Positions 19,247 to 30,678 are shown, numbered from the stretch's first letter. The stretch: DNA of 64,000 nt from Alistipes sp. (GCA_017502025.1 JAFVVS010000123.1:2049-66048); one strand, 5' to 3'. The notes: generated from the letters alone by a model not told the origin. Numbers and translations are program-made.

Positions 19247-20917
19247 ATGAAATCTGATATTGAAATTGCTCGTTCAGTGAAGTTGAAGAACATCCGTGAG
19301 ATTGCTGCTCAGGTGGGATTTCCGGAGGATGAGGTGTTTAACTACGGCAAGCATATTGCCAAGATTCCGTACAAACTTATCGACGATAAGAAGGCGAAAA
19401 AGAGCCACCTTATCCTCGTGACAGCTATCACTGCAACAAAGGCGGGCGTGGGTAAGACAACCGTAAGCATCGGCTTGGGTATGGGTTTGAACCATATCGG
19501 CAAGCGTGCTATCATCGCATTGCGTGAGCCTTCGCTCGGACCTTGCTTCGGTATGAAGGGTGGTGCAACAGGTGGTGGCTATACCCAGGTGTTGCCTTCG
19601 GAGGATATCAACCTCCACTTTACGGGTGACTTCCACGCTGTAACTTCGGCAAATAACCTTATCGCAGCCTTGCTCGATAACTACCTCTATCACAACCGCT
19701 CGAAGCAGGTAGGCTTGAAGAAGGTTATGTGGCGACGAGTACTCGATATGAACGACCGCTCGTTGCGCCATATCGTTTCGGGACTTGGAGGCTCGACAAA
19801 CGGAATACCTACCGAAACAGGCTTTGATATCACCCCTGCATCGGAGATTATGGCTATCTTGTGCCTTGCTCGCAATATCGACGACTTGTATGCTCGTGTA
19901 GGTCGCATCGTCTTGGGTGTGCGCTACGACGATACTCCATTTACCGTCGAGGACTTGGGCGTTACGGGCGCTATCGTGGCGTTGTTGAAGGATGCTATCA
20001 ATCCTAACCTCGTGCAGACGACCGAGCACCATCCGGTGATTATCCACGGTGGTCCATTCGCAAATATTGCACACGGTTGCAACTCGGTTATCGCAACCCG
20101 TTTGGCAATGTCGTGGTCGGACTATACAGTAACTGAGGCGGGCTTTGGTGCAGACCTCGGTGCAGAGAAATTCTTCGACATTAAGTGCCGTCAGGCGGGC
20201 TTGAAGCCTGATTTGACCGTCTTGGTGGCTTCGACTTTGGCGTTGAAGATGCACGGTGGCGTGGATGAGAAGGAGATTAAGTTGCCAAATGTGGAGGGCT
20301 TGAAGAAGGGCTTTGCTAACCTCGACCGCCATATCGCCAACTTGCAGAAGTTTGGTCAGACTGTTTTGGTCTGCTTCAACCGCTTTGCAAGCGATACCGA
20401 CGAGGAGATTGCCCTTGTTATGGAGCATTGTGCCGAGAAGGGTGTTCGTTGCGTAATCAACAACGCCTATATGGAGGGTAGCGCAGGTGCGAAGGAGCTT
20501 GCAGAGGCAGCCGTTGAGCTTATCGAAAATCAACCTTCGGCACCGCTCAAATATGCTTACGACCTCGAAGATAGCATTATGACCAAGATCGAGAAGGTTG
20601 CCAAGAAGATTTATGGTGCCGGCTCTGTTGAGTTCAGCTTGAAGGCGCAGAAGGAGATTGCCTTGCTCGAAAAGTGGGGTATGGGCAAGCTCCCTGTATG
20701 TATCGCCAAGACTCAATATTCATTCAGTGGCGATGCTAAACTCTACGGCAGTGCCGAAGGTTTCACCCTCAAAATCAAGGATATCGAGCTCAATGCCGGT
20801 AGTGGTTTTGTTGTAGTTTTGGCTGGCGATATTATGCGTATGCCGGGACTTAGCAAGACTCCGCAGGCGGTGAATATTCGTTTGGCGGAAGACGGTAACG
20901 TCGAAGGTTTGGTATAA
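19247..20917 (+). CDS. fhs: Formate--tetrahydrofolate ligase
   Basis: [50 protein letters not shown]. Confidence 0.97.
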   Translation: MKSDIEIARSVKLKNIREIAAQVGFPEDEVFNYGKHIAKIPYKLIDDKKAKKSHLILVTAITATKAGVGKTTVSIGLGMGLNHIGKRAIIALREPSLGPCFGMKGGATGGGYTQVLPSEDINLHFTGDFHAVTSANNLIAALLDNYLYHNRSKQVGLKKVMWRRVLDMNDRSLRHIVSGLGGSTNGIPTETGFDITPASEIMAILCLARNIDDLYARVGRIVLGVRYDDTPFTVEDLGVTGAIVALLKDAINPNLVQTTEHHPVIIHGGPFANIAHGCNSVIATRLAMSWSDYTVTEAGFGADLGAEKFFDIKCRQAGLKPDLTVLVASTLALKMHGGVDEKEIKLPNVEGLKKGFANLDRHIANLQKFGQTVLVCFNRFASDTDEEIALVMEHCAEKGVRCVINNAYMEGSAGAKELAEAAVELIENQPSAPLKYAYDLEDSIMTKIEKVAKKIYGAGSVEFSLKAQKEIALLEKWGMGKLPVCIAKTQYSFSGDAKLYGSAEGFTLKIKDIELNAGSGFVVVLAGDIMRMPGLSKTPQAVNIRLAEDGNVEGLV

Positions 20918-20919
20918 AA

Positions 20920-21060
20920 GGCGCAATAGATAGGGAATTTAAGGAAAATAGGGAATATAGGGAGAATAGGGATTGCGCCAATCCTTAAATTCATTAAACT
21001 CCCTAATTTCTCTAAACTCACTAAAAAAGCTAAAAGCTAATGGCTAATGGCTAAAAGCGA
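20920..21060. repeat. GGCGCAAT-clamped 9-mer array, inverse 9-mer array and GCTAAWR heptamers
   Basis: GGCGCAAT (20920) / ATTGCGCC (20972) enclose TAGGGAAWW units. Confidence 0.75.
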
Positions 21061-21066
21061 AAAATT

Positions 21067-21915
21067 ATGAAGTACTTTGGTGCCCATGTTAGTGCGTCGG
21101 GTGGTGTGGAGAATGCTCCGCATAATGCCAAGGCGATAGGTGCGACTGCGTTTGCGCTCTTCACGAAGAATCAGCGTCAGTGGCTTGCCCCTGCCCTTAC
21201 GGAGGAGCAGTGCGAGCGCTTCAAGGCGGCGTGCGCAGAGTGTGGATATACGGCAAAGCAGATTTTGCCTCACGACTCGTACCTCATCAACCTCGGACAC
21301 CCCGAGCGTGAGGGTTTGGAGAAATCTCGTGAGTCATTTTTCGAGGAGATGAAGCGATGCGAACTGCTCGGCTTGGATAGGTTGAATTTCCATCCTGGCA
21401 GCCATCTCGGCAAAATCACCTCGTTGATGTCGCTCGACCGCATTGCCGAGTCGATAAATATGGCTCTCGACCGAACTTCGGGCGTAACTGCCGTAATCGA
21501 GAACACGGCAGGACAGGGCTCAAACCTCGGCTTTGCGTGGGAGCATATCGCCCATATTATAGATAAGGTAGAGGATAAGTCGAGAGTCGGCTTCTGCATC
21601 GACACTTGCCACACCTTCGCTGCGGGCTATGACCTTTCGAGCGTGGAGGCTTGCGAAAAGACCTTCCAAACGGTTGATGACATTGTGGGTATAAAATATC
21701 TGCGAGGTATGCACCTCAATGATGCATTGAAACCACTCGGCTCGCATGTCGATCGCCACGCCTCGTTGGGCGAGGGCTTTATCGGCTGGGATTGCTTCCG
21801 CTTTATAGCGCAGTCGCCTCTCTTCGAGGAGATTCCTTTGACCCTCGAAACCCCAAACGAGGAGATTTGGGCGCAAGAGATTGCCCAACTCAAAACCTTT
21901 GCAGACGAAAAGTAA
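21067..21915 (+). CDS. nfo: Endonuclease IV
   Basis: [41 protein letters not shown]. Confidence 0.97.
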   Translation: MKYFGAHVSASGGVENAPHNAKAIGATAFALFTKNQRQWLAPALTEEQCERFKAACAECGYTAKQILPHDSYLINLGHPEREGLEKSRESFFEEMKRCELLGLDRLNFHPGSHLGKITSLMSLDRIAESINMALDRTSGVTAVIENTAGQGSNLGFAWEHIAHIIDKVEDKSRVGFCIDTCHTFAAGYDLSSVEACEKTFQTVDDIVGIKYLRGMHLNDALKPLGSHVDRHASLGEGFIGWDCFRFIAQSPLFEEIPLTLETPNEEIWAQEIAQLKTFADEK

Positions 21916-21942
21916 CCTAAAACCAAATAAAACTAAACTACT

Positions 21943-23316
21943 ATGGAATTACCTTTTGCAGAATCTTGGCGCATCAAGATGGTTGAGCCAATCAAAAAGA
22001 GCACTCGTGAGGAGCGCGAGCAGTGGATGAAAGAGGCGGATTACAACCTCTTCCAACTCCGTTCGGAGCAGGTATATATCGACTGTTTGACCGACTCGGG
22101 AACGGGCGCAATGAGCGACCGCCAATGGGCAGCCGTAATGATGGGCGATGAGAGCTACGCAGGCTCGTCGTCGTTCTTCCACCTTAAAGAGACAATCAAC
22201 AAAATCACAGGCTTTGAGTATGTTATCCCTACTCACCAGGGTCGTGCTGCCGAGAATGTGTTGTTCTCGCACCTTGTGAAGGCGGGCTCGATTGTTCCGG
22301 GCAACTCGCACTTCGACACCACCAAGGGTCATATCGAGAGTCGCAAGGCAACTGCCCTCGACTGCACTATCGACGAGGCGAAGGATACCCAACTCGAAAT
22401 TCCGTTCAAGGGCAATGTAGACCCGAAGAAGTTGGAGAAGGCGTTGGCAGAGCACCACGAGAATGTGCCGTTTATCATTGTAACAATTACGAACAACACC
22501 GCAGGTGGTCAGCCTGTTTCGATGCAGAACTTGCGTGAGGTGCGTGCTATTGCCGATAAGTATGGCAAGCGTGTAGTGCTCGACTCGGCTCGCTTTGCCG
22601 AGAATGCCTACTTTATCAAGACTCGCGAGGAGGGCTATGCCGACAAGACAATCAAGGAGATTGCACTCGAAATGTTCTCGCTTGCCGATGGTATGACAAT
22701 GTCGGCAAAGAAGGACGGTATCGTAAATATGGGTGGCTTTATCGCTACTCGCCACGAGGATTGGTACGAGGGTGCAAAGCGCTTCTGTATCCCATTCGAG
22801 GGTTACCTCACATACGGTGGTATGAATGGTCGTGATATGGAGGCTCTCGCTGTTGGTCTTGACGAGAATACCGAGTTTGACAACCTCGAAACACGCATCC
22901 ATCAGGTTGAATTCCTCGCAGGCTTGCTCGACGAGTACGGAATTCCATATCAGCGCCCTGTGGGTGGTCACGCAATCTTCGTAGATGCCGACAAGGTGCT
23001 TACCAAGGTGCCAAAGGAGGAGTTCCCTGCGCAGACTCTCGCTATCGAATTGTACCTCGAAGCAGGAGTTCGTGGTTGCGAGATTGGCTATATCCTTGCT
23101 GATCGTGACCCTGTAACCCGTGAAAATCGTTTCGGAGGTCTTGACCTTCTTCGCCTTTGCATCGCTCGCCGTGTCTATACCGACAACCATATGCGAGTTA
23201 TCGCTGCTGCTCTCAAAAATGTCTTTGACCGCCGCAATGAGATTACCCGAGGTGTGGAGATTGTTTGGGAGACGGAGTTGATGCGTCATTTCACAGTTAA
23301 ATTGCGTAAATTGTAA
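21943..23316 (+). CDS. tnaA: Tryptophanase (beta-eliminating lyase)
   Basis: LTDSGTGAMS, THQGRAAE, MSAKKDG PLP lysine (tyrosine phenol-lyase is usually SGKKD). Confidence 0.85.
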   Translation: MELPFAESWRIKMVEPIKKSTREEREQWMKEADYNLFQLRSEQVYIDCLTDSGTGAMSDRQWAAVMMGDESYAGSSSFFHLKETINKITGFEYVIPTHQGRAAENVLFSHLVKAGSIVPGNSHFDTTKGHIESRKATALDCTIDEAKDTQLEIPFKGNVDPKKLEKALAEHHENVPFIIVTITNNTAGGQPVSMQNLREVRAIADKYGKRVVLDSARFAENAYFIKTREEGYADKTIKEIALEMFSLADGMTMSAKKDGIVNMGGFIATRHEDWYEGAKRFCIPFEGYLTYGGMNGRDMEALAVGLDENTEFDNLETRIHQVEFLAGLLDEYGIPYQRPVGGHAIFVDADKVLTKVPKEEFPAQTLAIELYLEAGVRGCEIGYILADRDPVTRENRFGGLDLLRLCIARRVYTDNHMRVIAAALKNVFDRRNEITRGVEIVWETELMRHFTVKLRKL

Positions 23317-23333
23317 AAATCATTCTGAAAAAT

Positions 23334-25448
23334 ATGAAGAAACTGATTCTTCTGTTTGTTGCCCTTGCGTTGGCGACATCGGCATTCGCAGCTAAGAAGG
23401 GCGAGATGATGTCGTGGGATGAGGCTTATGCTAAGGCTGATGAGATATTGAAGACTCTCTCGCTTGATGAGAAGGTCGAGATGACACAAGGTTACAATAG
23501 ATTCTTCCTTCCGGGTGCGCCAGCAAAGGGTCTGCCACACGTATATACGGTGGATGCTTCGGCAGGTGTGCGCATCAACGATAGATTGACTAATCAGAAC
23601 GAGGTGCGTCACCCAGCAAAAACCACTCAGTTTCCTGCACCTATCGCTCTCGCATCGACTTTCAACCCCGAGTTAGCAAAGGCTTATGGTGAGGCTGTCG
23701 GTTTCGAAACCCGTATGGCAGGTGCGGGCGTATTGCTCGGTCCAGGTTTGAATATCTACCGCTCATCGCAGTGTGGCCGTAACTTCGAGTATATGGGCGA
23801 GGACCCATATTTGGCAGGTCAGATGGTAGCAAACTATGTTGTAGGTATGCAGGGCACAGGTACAATGGCATGCTTGAAGCACTTCGTCTGCAATAATACC
23901 GAGTTCTTGCGTAGAATATCGAACTCGGTTGTTGATGAGCGTGCGATGATGGAGATTTACACCCCTGCATTCAAGGCCGGTATCGACGCTGGTGCAGGCT
24001 CTGTAATGACTTCGTACAACCTCGTAAATGGCGAGTGGGCAGGTCAGAGCAAGTATGTTATCACCGACCTTCTCCGTGGCACTCTCGGCTTCAAGGGTTT
24101 AGTGATGACCGATTGGCGCTCGGTGTTCGATTGGAAGAAGATTGTTCTTTCGGGACAGAATGTTGAGATGCCAGGCGATCGCAACCAGCCACAGCACATC
24201 AACTCTGTACGGGGCTTATTGGCTTCGGGCGAATTGACAGAGAAGAATATCGATGATATGATTCGTCCAATGATTGCTACCTGCATCCGCTTCGGTTTGT
24301 ACGAGCGTTTCAAGAATGGCCAGCCAAATGAGGATGCACTCGAAGAGAAGTTCCCTCATCACGAGAAGGTGTCATATCAGACCGCTGCCGAGGGCTCTAT
24401 CTTGTTGAAGAATAACGGTATTCTCCCATTGAAGGAGGGGCAGCAGGTGTTGCTTGTAGGTCGTTGGGCAAAGGTTGCTCCACAGGGAGGTGGCTCCTCA
24501 CAAGTTGATGGTTTCAACTGCGTAACTTCGGAGCAGGCTCTCCGTGCTGCACTTCGTGCACGAGTTAAGGCGGTCGAAAATCCCGATTTCATTGAGTTGC
24601 AGAATGCTGATGTTGTGGTTGTTGCTACGGGTACTTTCGATAGCGAGAGTATCGAGCGCCCATTTGCTATGGAGCGTAAGGACGAGGCATTGGTGCGTAT
24701 GGCTTGCGCAGCAAACAAGAAGGTTATCGTTCTCGTACTCTCGGGCTCAGGCATCGATATGAGCGCTTGGCACGATAAGGTTTCTGCTATCATCTATGGC
24801 TGGTACCCTGGACAGGCGGGTATGCAGGCTATTGCCGATATTATGGTTGGTAAGATCAACCCTTCGGGTAAGTTGCCTGCAACCATCGAGAAGTCTTTCA
24901 AGGATTCGCCTGCTTACGGTATGATTCCAAAGGGTATGAAGGTTAGCCATACAGCTAAGAATGTCAATGAGTTGTGGATAGCTCCACGCCACTACGATGT
25001 AGAGTACAAGGAGTCAGTTCTCGTTGGTTACCGTTGGTATGAGTCGAAGGGTATCGAGCCTTTGTTCCCATTCGGCTTTGGTTTGTCGTATACAACCTTC
25101 GAGTTGTCGAAGGCTAGGGCTGCAAAGCAGATTTCGGCAGAGAAGCCGTTGAAGGTTACTGTTCGCTTGGAGAATACAGGCGCAATGGCTGGTGCCGAGG
25201 TTGTTCAGCTCTATGTTCAGGAGAACAAGCCAACCGTACTCCGTCCAAAGAAGGAGTTGAAGGCGTTCAAGAAGGTACACCTCGAGCCGGGTAAGCACAC
25301 AACCGTTGAGTTTGAGTTGAAGCACTCGGATTTGGCATATTGGAACGACAAGACTCATGCTTGGGAGGTTAACAAGGGTACTTATACTTTGCACATTGGT
25401 AACTCGTCTGCAAATATAGAGCAGACTCTTACCGTAGAGGCTCTCTAA
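23334..25448 (+). CDS. GH3 beta-glucosidase-family protein with C-terminal Fn3-like domain
   Basis: Signal peptide; GRNFEYMGEDP, CLKHF, GLVMTDW, PFGFGLSYT. Confidence 0.92.
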   Translation: MKKLILLFVALALATSAFAAKKGEMMSWDEAYAKADEILKTLSLDEKVEMTQGYNRFFLPGAPAKGLPHVYTVDASAGVRINDRLTNQNEVRHPAKTTQFPAPIALASTFNPELAKAYGEAVGFETRMAGAGVLLGPGLNIYRSSQCGRNFEYMGEDPYLAGQMVANYVVGMQGTGTMACLKHFVCNNTEFLRRISNSVVDERAMMEIYTPAFKAGIDAGAGSVMTSYNLVNGEWAGQSKYVITDLLRGTLGFKGLVMTDWRSVFDWKKIVLSGQNVEMPGDRNQPQHINSVRGLLASGELTEKNIDDMIRPMIATCIRFGLYERFKNGQPNEDALEEKFPHHEKVSYQTAAEGSILLKNNGILPLKEGQQVLLVGRWAKVAPQGGGSSQVDGFNCVTSEQALRAALRARVKAVENPDFIELQNADVVVVATGTFDSESIERPFAMERKDEALVRMACAANKKVIVLVLSGSGIDMSAWHDKVSAIIYGWYPGQAGMQAIADIMVGKINPSGKLPATIEKSFKDSPAYGMIPKGMKVSHTAKNVNELWIAPRHYDVEYKESVLVGYRWYESKGIEPLFPFGFGLSYTTFELSKARAAKQISAEKPLKVTVRLENTGAMAGAEVVQLYVQENKPTVLRPKKELKAFKKVHLEPGKHTTVEFELKHSDLAYWNDKTHAWEVNKGTYTLHIGNSSANIEQTLTVEAL

Positions 25449-25570
25449 AAATCGTTCTGATTGGCTCTTTTTGCACCTTACTTGCGGCGTAAATGCTCAC
25501 ATAGGCTTACTATGCTCCGCTTTCCGCCACTGCGTAACGCACAAAAATAGCCTAATCATTGACGATTTTG
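25446..25570 (+). repeat. ~127-bp hairpin element, copy C
   Basis: AAAATCGTTCTGATT...AATCATTGACGATTTT; core GCTCACATAGGCTTACTATGCTCCGC. Confidence 0.85.
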
Positions 25571-25601
25571 AATAAGAGGGAGGTTGCTGATTGAATATTA
25601 A

Positions 25602-25675
25602 ACTTTCAGCGCACCCCTATAATCCCTATAACCCCTATTGCCCCTATAATGGTTGCGCCGTGATAAGGGTTGGAG
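25602..25675 (+). repeat. GCGCA-clamp element with four 9-nt units
   Basis: ACTTTCAGCGCACCC...GTTGCGCCGTGATAA...GGAG, as at 2091 and (inverted) 30821. Confidence 0.85.
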
Positions 25676-25716
25676 GTCGTAAAAGCAAACAAATAAGTCG
25701 AGCAATTTTGCTCGAC

Positions 25717-26736
25717 TTATTTGTTCCTTTCCGCAGAAAGCAAGCCGCAGGCGGCTTTGATGTCCTCGCCACGAGAGGCTCGAATGGTGGTCATAATACC
25801 TCGTTGGGTGAGTGCATCTCGGAAGGCTATCATCTTCTCGTCAGAAGGCGAGAAGTATGGCGAATCGGGAATTTTGTGGAATCGAATAAGGTTTATGCGG
25901 CACTTGATGCCATCGAGCAAGCGGCACAATTCCTTAATGTGGCGTGGCGAATCGTTCAAACCACTCATCACGATATACTCGAACGATACTCGGCGTTGAT
26001 GCGTGAAGTCGTACTCTCGCAGAATATCAGCCACTTGGCGAATAGGGTAGGCTCGCTCAATCGGCATAATCTGCTCACGCTCCTCGTGGAATGGGTTGTG
26101 GAGCGAAACGGCAAGATGTACCTGTGTAGAGTCCAAAAATCTGCGCAACTCCCTCGCAACACCTGCCGTCGAAAGAGTGATGCGTGTCGGCGACCAACCA
26201 AAGCCCCACTCCGAGGTCATAATTTCGAGCGCACGAAGCACATTTTCCATATTATCCAACGGCTCGCCCATACCCATAAAAACCACATTCGTGAGTCGCT
26301 CACGCTCGGGCAACGATGCTATCTGATTGAGGATGTCGCAGGTCGAAAGCGAATGCTTCAAACCGAGTCGTGCCGTAGCGCAAAACTTACAGCCCATACG
26401 GCAACCCGCTTGCGACGAAACGCATAGCGTAGCTCGCTCACGGTCAGGGATATAAGCCGACTCTACAAACTCATTTTCGGCAGTGCGATAGAGATACTTT
26501 TTTGTGCCGTCAGCCGACTCATCGGCTCGCTCCGGAGCGTGCAATCCAAGCTCGAACTTTTCGCTCAAAGCGGTGCGGGCAGCCTTCGAGAGATTGGTCA
26601 TCTCCTCGAAAGAGCGAACTCCCTTCTTGTAGAGCCAATCGGCAATCTGCTTCGCCACAAAACGAGGCAACTGCAACTCGGTACATACCGCTTGCAACTC
26701 CGTCAAAGTCTTGCCATATAGGGTTTCTCTCTCCAT
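25717..26736 (-). CDS. rlmN: 23S rRNA m2A2503/tRNA methyltransferase RlmN
   Basis: CVSSQAGCRMGCKFC, FMGMGEP, AACGLL. Confidence 0.96.
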   Translation of the reverse strand: MERETLYGKTLTELQAVCTELQLPRFVAKQIADWLYKKGVRSFEEMTNLSKAARTALSEKFELGLHAPERADESADGTKKYLYRTAENEFVESAYIPDRERATLCVSSQAGCRMGCKFCATARLGLKHSLSTCDILNQIASLPERERLTNVVFMGMGEPLDNMENVLRALEIMTSEWGFGWSPTRITLSTAGVARELRRFLDSTQVHLAVSLHNPFHEEREQIMPIERAYPIRQVADILREYDFTHQRRVSFEYIVMSGLNDSPRHIKELCRLLDGIKCRINLIRFHKIPDSPYFSPSDEKMIAFRDALTQRGIMTTIRASRGEDIKAACGLLSAERNK

Positions 26737-26842
26737 TCGTACTTAATTTGCCACAAAAGTAGCGAAAAAAGAGTATTTCTGCCATATTTTCGTAGAAAAA
26801 ACTTATATTTGTGGTTACAATAGGCACCTGCCGATTTCTCTT

Positions 26843-27724
26843 TTGAGTATGACTGTCGGGGCAAAAAATATCATTGTGTCAATATCAACTCTGTTGTTTG
26901 TCTGCTGCGGAGTGGTGTGTTGTGGCGATTCCGATACGCCTGTTATTGCACCGCCCGATGAGCCTGCGCAACCGCAAGATTCAATAAGCCAGGGCGTTAC
27001 CCTCCCTTCCTTCGATGATATTGTTCAGACATACATATTCCGTTTGCGGGCAATGTCCTACAATGTGCACAACTGTGGCGGCACCGACGGAGTTGTCAAT
27101 TATGAGCGTGTGGCAGATGCTATCACGGCGCACAATGTTGATGCTGTGGGTTTGCAAGAGTTGGATAGTGTCACGACACGCCGACCTTTGGATGTTCTGC
27201 AAAAACTTGCCGACTTGACAGGTATGTATCCGACTTTCGGAGCAGCAATCGACTATAAGGGTGGAAAGTATGGCGTTGGTGTTCTCACCAAGGAGAAACC
27301 CCTCTCGCACTATCGTGTGCCACTTCCTTGCAGCTCCGAGCCGAGAGTTTTGTTGGTGGTGGAAATGAAGGATTATTACTTCTGCAACACCCACTTTTCG
27401 CTCCATGCCGAGTATCGCACCGAGGCGGTTAAAATCATTGTCAAGGAGGCAGAAAAGCTCAGCAAGCCACTCTTTTTGGTTGGAGATTTCAATGCATCTC
27501 GTGACCAAGAGGCAATGCAGTTGCTGGCGCAACATTTCTACATATTCGACAAACGACCACCTATCTACACATTCCCTGCCGATGCCCCTCGCTCGGAGAT
27601 AGATTACATCTGCCTTTATAGTGGTAGAGGAGCTCTGACTACGGTCTTTGACTATTGGGTGCCGGAACTCCCTATTGTGTCCGATCACCGCCCTACGGTG
27701 ATGGATATTTCGGTTTGCGAATAG
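26843..27724 (+). CDS. Endonuclease/exonuclease/phosphatase family exported protein
   Basis: MSYNV, GLQE, NTH, GDFN, IDYI, SDH motifs. Confidence 0.88.
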   Translation: MSMTVGAKNIIVSISTLLFVCCGVVCCGDSDTPVIAPPDEPAQPQDSISQGVTLPSFDDIVQTYIFRLRAMSYNVHNCGGTDGVVNYERVADAITAHNVDAVGLQELDSVTTRRPLDVLQKLADLTGMYPTFGAAIDYKGGKYGVGVLTKEKPLSHYRVPLPCSSEPRVLLVVEMKDYYFCNTHFSLHAEYRTEAVKIIVKEAEKLSKPLFLVGDFNASRDQEAMQLLAQHFYIFDKRPPIYTFPADAPRSEIDYICLYSGRGALTTVFDYWVPELPIVSDHRPTVMDISVCE

Positions 27725-27873
27725 CTCAATAAGGTGATTTTGCTTTTTTATACCAAAAATTTCTGCGAATATGGTATTATTTGAAAAATAATCTCTATAT
27801 TTGTGGTTGATTAGGTGCGTAGCATATTTTGCCTAATCGCAAAGTCGAAAATAAATTAAAAAATTAAACAATA

Positions 27874-28557
27874 ATGGAGATTAAGAAAAACCCCAAAGTA
27901 GATGTTCAGAACAAGCGTGTCTTGTTGCTCGAAATTGGTTTGGCATTGGCATTGCTCGTAGTTATCGGCGCATTCCTCTACACTCCTCGTGAGTATCAGA
28001 TTGAGCAGATCGAGCAGGTTGCAGCAGTAGTTGAGGAGGAGATCACCGAGATTACTCGTCAGGATCAGAAGCCACCAGAGCCTCCAAAGCGTACCGAGAT
28101 TACCGTTATCACCGACATCCTCAACATCGTAACCAACGATGAGAAGATCGAGACAAGCGTCGACTTCGCCGAGTTTGCCGAGGATGTTGAGATTATCCAG
28201 CAGGTTGCAGTTGAGGAGGAGAACATCGAGGATGACCAGCCATTCGTAAAGGTAGAGCAGATGCCTTCGTTTATGGGTGGAGACCTTATGACCTTCCGTA
28301 ACTGGGTACAGTCGAAGGTTCGTTACCCACAGATTGCACAGGAGAACAACATCTCTGGTCGTGTATTGCTTATGTTTGTCATCGAGCGTGACGGCTCGCT
28401 CACCAACATTCAGGTGCTCCAAACTCCTGATAGCTCACTCTCTGACGAGGCTATTCGTATCTTGAAGACCTCTCCAAAGTGGACTCCTGGTAAGCAGCGT
28501 AATCAGTCGGTGCGTGTTAAGTATACTCTTCCAATTGATTTTAGAATTCAGAACTAA
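27874..28557 (+). CDS. tonB: Energy transducer TonB
   Basis: N-terminal TM, Pro-rich linker, C-terminal YP..A...G.V...F; WTPGKQR. Confidence 0.88.
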   Translation: MEIKKNPKVDVQNKRVLLLEIGLALALLVVIGAFLYTPREYQIEQIEQVAAVVEEEITEITRQDQKPPEPPKRTEITVITDILNIVTNDEKIETSVDFAEFAEDVEIIQQVAVEEENIEDDQPFVKVEQMPSFMGGDLMTFRNWVQSKVRYPQIAQENNISGRVLLMFVIERDGSLTNIQVLQTPDSSLSDEAIRILKTSPKWTPGKQRNQSVRVKYTLPIDFRIQN

Positions 28558-28622
28558 TCATTGGTTGGCTAAAAGCTAAAAAGCCGGGCAGCAACGCTCG
28601 GCTTTTATTAAACAAAATAGGA

Positions 28623-29846
28623 ATGACAGAACAGAAACAAGATAAAAAAGAGAAGGGTGTCGTGGTTGAGGTCAACCGTGAGGAGCGAGCAGTTCTGGTT
28701 GCCGTTATTCGTGATAACCAGGAGCCACGCCAGGCGGAGGAGTTTCTCGATGAGTTGGAGTTCCTTGCCGAGACAGCCTCTATCAAGACCGAGCGACGCT
28801 TCACGCAGCGCCTTTCGCAACCATCGTCACGCATCTATGTGGGTCCCGGCAAGCTCGAAGAGATTGCTGCCTACTGCGAGGCGAACGAGATAGATGTTGT
28901 AATCTTCGACGATGAGCTCTCGCCATCGCAGACCCGAAATATCGAGCAGGTGATGCCGTGCCGAGTTATCGACCGCACACGCCTTATCCTCGACATCTTC
29001 CGTCAGCGTGCGCAGACCGCCTACGCCAAGACGCAGGTTGAACTTGCGCAGTGCGAGTATATGTTGCCTCGCTTGGCGGGTTTGTGGACCCACCTCGAAC
29101 GCCAGCGAGGAGGTACGGGTACTCGTGGTGGTGCCGGTGAGCGTGAGATTGAGACCGACCGCCGTATCGTGCGCAACCGCATCACAAAGCTCAAAGAGGA
29201 TCTCAAAAAGATTGACAAGCAGATGGCGGTGCAACGCTCCAACCGTGGCGGTATGGTGCGTGTGTCGCTGGTCGGATATACCAATGTCGGCAAATCGACC
29301 CTTATGAACTTGATTTCCAAGAGCGAGGTCTTTGCCGAGAACAAACTCTTTGCTACGCTCGACACTACGGTGCGCAAGGTGGTTTTCGACAACCTTCCGT
29401 TCCTCTTGTCGGATACCGTAGGCTTCATCCGCAAGCTCCCTACCGAACTTATCGAGTCGTTCAAATCGACCCTCGACGAGGTGCGTGAGGCGGATTTGCT
29501 TATCCATGTTGTAGATATCTCGCACCCTCAATTCGAGGAGCAGATTGATGTCGTGAAGCAGACTTTGCAGGATATTGGTGCGGGCGATAAACCTGTCTAC
29601 TTGGTATTCAACAAGATTGACGCCTACACCTACACTCCGAAGGATGAAGATGACCTCACCCCTGCAACCAAGGAGAATCGTTCGCTCGACGACTTGCGCC
29701 AGAGCTGGTTTGCAAAGCAGAACACCCCTTGCATCTTCATCTCGGCAGCCGAGCGCACAAATATCGAGAAGTTCCGCACCGACCTCTACGGTATGGTGCG
29801 AGAGATTCACTGCGGTCGCTACCCATTCAACAACTTCCTCTACTAA
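28623..29846 (+). CDS. hflX: Ribosome-splitting GTPase HflX
   Basis: GYTNVGKS, LFATLD, DTVGF, NKID. Confidence 0.97.
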   Translation: MTEQKQDKKEKGVVVEVNREERAVLVAVIRDNQEPRQAEEFLDELEFLAETASIKTERRFTQRLSQPSSRIYVGPGKLEEIAAYCEANEIDVVIFDDELSPSQTRNIEQVMPCRVIDRTRLILDIFRQRAQTAYAKTQVELAQCEYMLPRLAGLWTHLERQRGGTGTRGGAGEREIETDRRIVRNRITKLKEDLKKIDKQMAVQRSNRGGMVRVSLVGYTNVGKSTLMNLISKSEVFAENKLFATLDTTVRKVVFDNLPFLLSDTVGFIRKLPTELIESFKSTLDEVREADLLIHVVDISHPQFEEQIDVVKQTLQDIGAGDKPVYLVFNKIDAYTYTPKDEDDLTPATKENRSLDDLRQSWFAKQNTPCIFISAAERTNIEKFRTDLYGMVREIHCGRYPFNNFLY

Positions 29847-29899
29847 ACGGAAAACTGAAAACGGAAAGCGGAAAACTTTAATTTATATATAATATAGGT

Positions 29900-30553
29900 A
29901 TGTTGTATATTTTAGATAATCAGAACAGTATCATCAACAAATACCTCGCCGAGTTGCGCAATATCGATGTGCAGAAGGACTCGATGCGCTTCCGTCGTAA
30001 TTTGGAGCGCATTGGCGAGATTTCGGCATATGAGTTGTCGAAAACCTTGAACTATGCACCGGTGAAGGTGCAGACTCCTCTTGCCGAGGCGACCGTGCAG
30101 TGCATTGGCGATAATATCGTTCTCGCAACTATCCTTCGTGCCGGCTTGCCACTCCATCAGGGCTTGCTCAACTACTTCGATGATGCCGAGAACGCCTTTG
30201 TGTCGGCATATCGTAGCTACACCAGCGAGAGCGAGTTCGAGATTAAGGTCGAGTATATCGCTTGCCCATCGCTCGAAGGCAAGACTTTGATTCTCTGCGA
30301 CCCTATGCTTGCATCGGGCGCATCTATGGTTGCAGCGTATGAAGTACTTTGCAAACACGGTGGCAAACCTGCCCATACCCACCTTGTGTCAGTTCTTGGT
30401 TGCACCGAGGGTGTCAATTTCGTCTTGGAACACACCAATCCTGCCGATGTCGACCTTTGGGTTGCAACTGTCGATCCCGTTCTCAACCCTCACAAGTATA
30501 TTGTTCCCGGCCTGGGCGATGCGGGGGATTTGTGTTACGGCTCCAAACTGTAA
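29900..30553 (+). CDS. upp: Uracil phosphoribosyltransferase
   Basis: ILRAG, DPMLASG, YIVPGLGDAGD. Confidence 0.96.
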   Translation: MLYILDNQNSIINKYLAELRNIDVQKDSMRFRRNLERIGEISAYELSKTLNYAPVKVQTPLAEATVQCIGDNIVLATILRAGLPLHQGLLNYFDDAENAFVSAYRSYTSESEFEIKVEYIACPSLEGKTLILCDPMLASGASMVAAYEVLCKHGGKPAHTHLVSVLGCTEGVNFVLEHTNPADVDLWVATVDPVLNPHKYIVPGLGDAGDLCYGSKL

Positions 30554-30678
30554 AAAATCGTTCTGATTGGCTCTTTTTGCACGAGCCGTCGGACTCCAAA
30601 TTCCTCACATAGGTTTACTATGCTGCGGATTTGTCGCCTAGCCTCGCACAAAATTTCCTCAATCATCTCTGATTTTTA
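30551..30678 (+). repeat. ~127-bp hairpin element, copy D
   Basis: TAAAAAATC...GATTTTTA; core CC-TCA-CATAG-gttta-CTATG-CTGC-GG. Confidence 0.85.
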
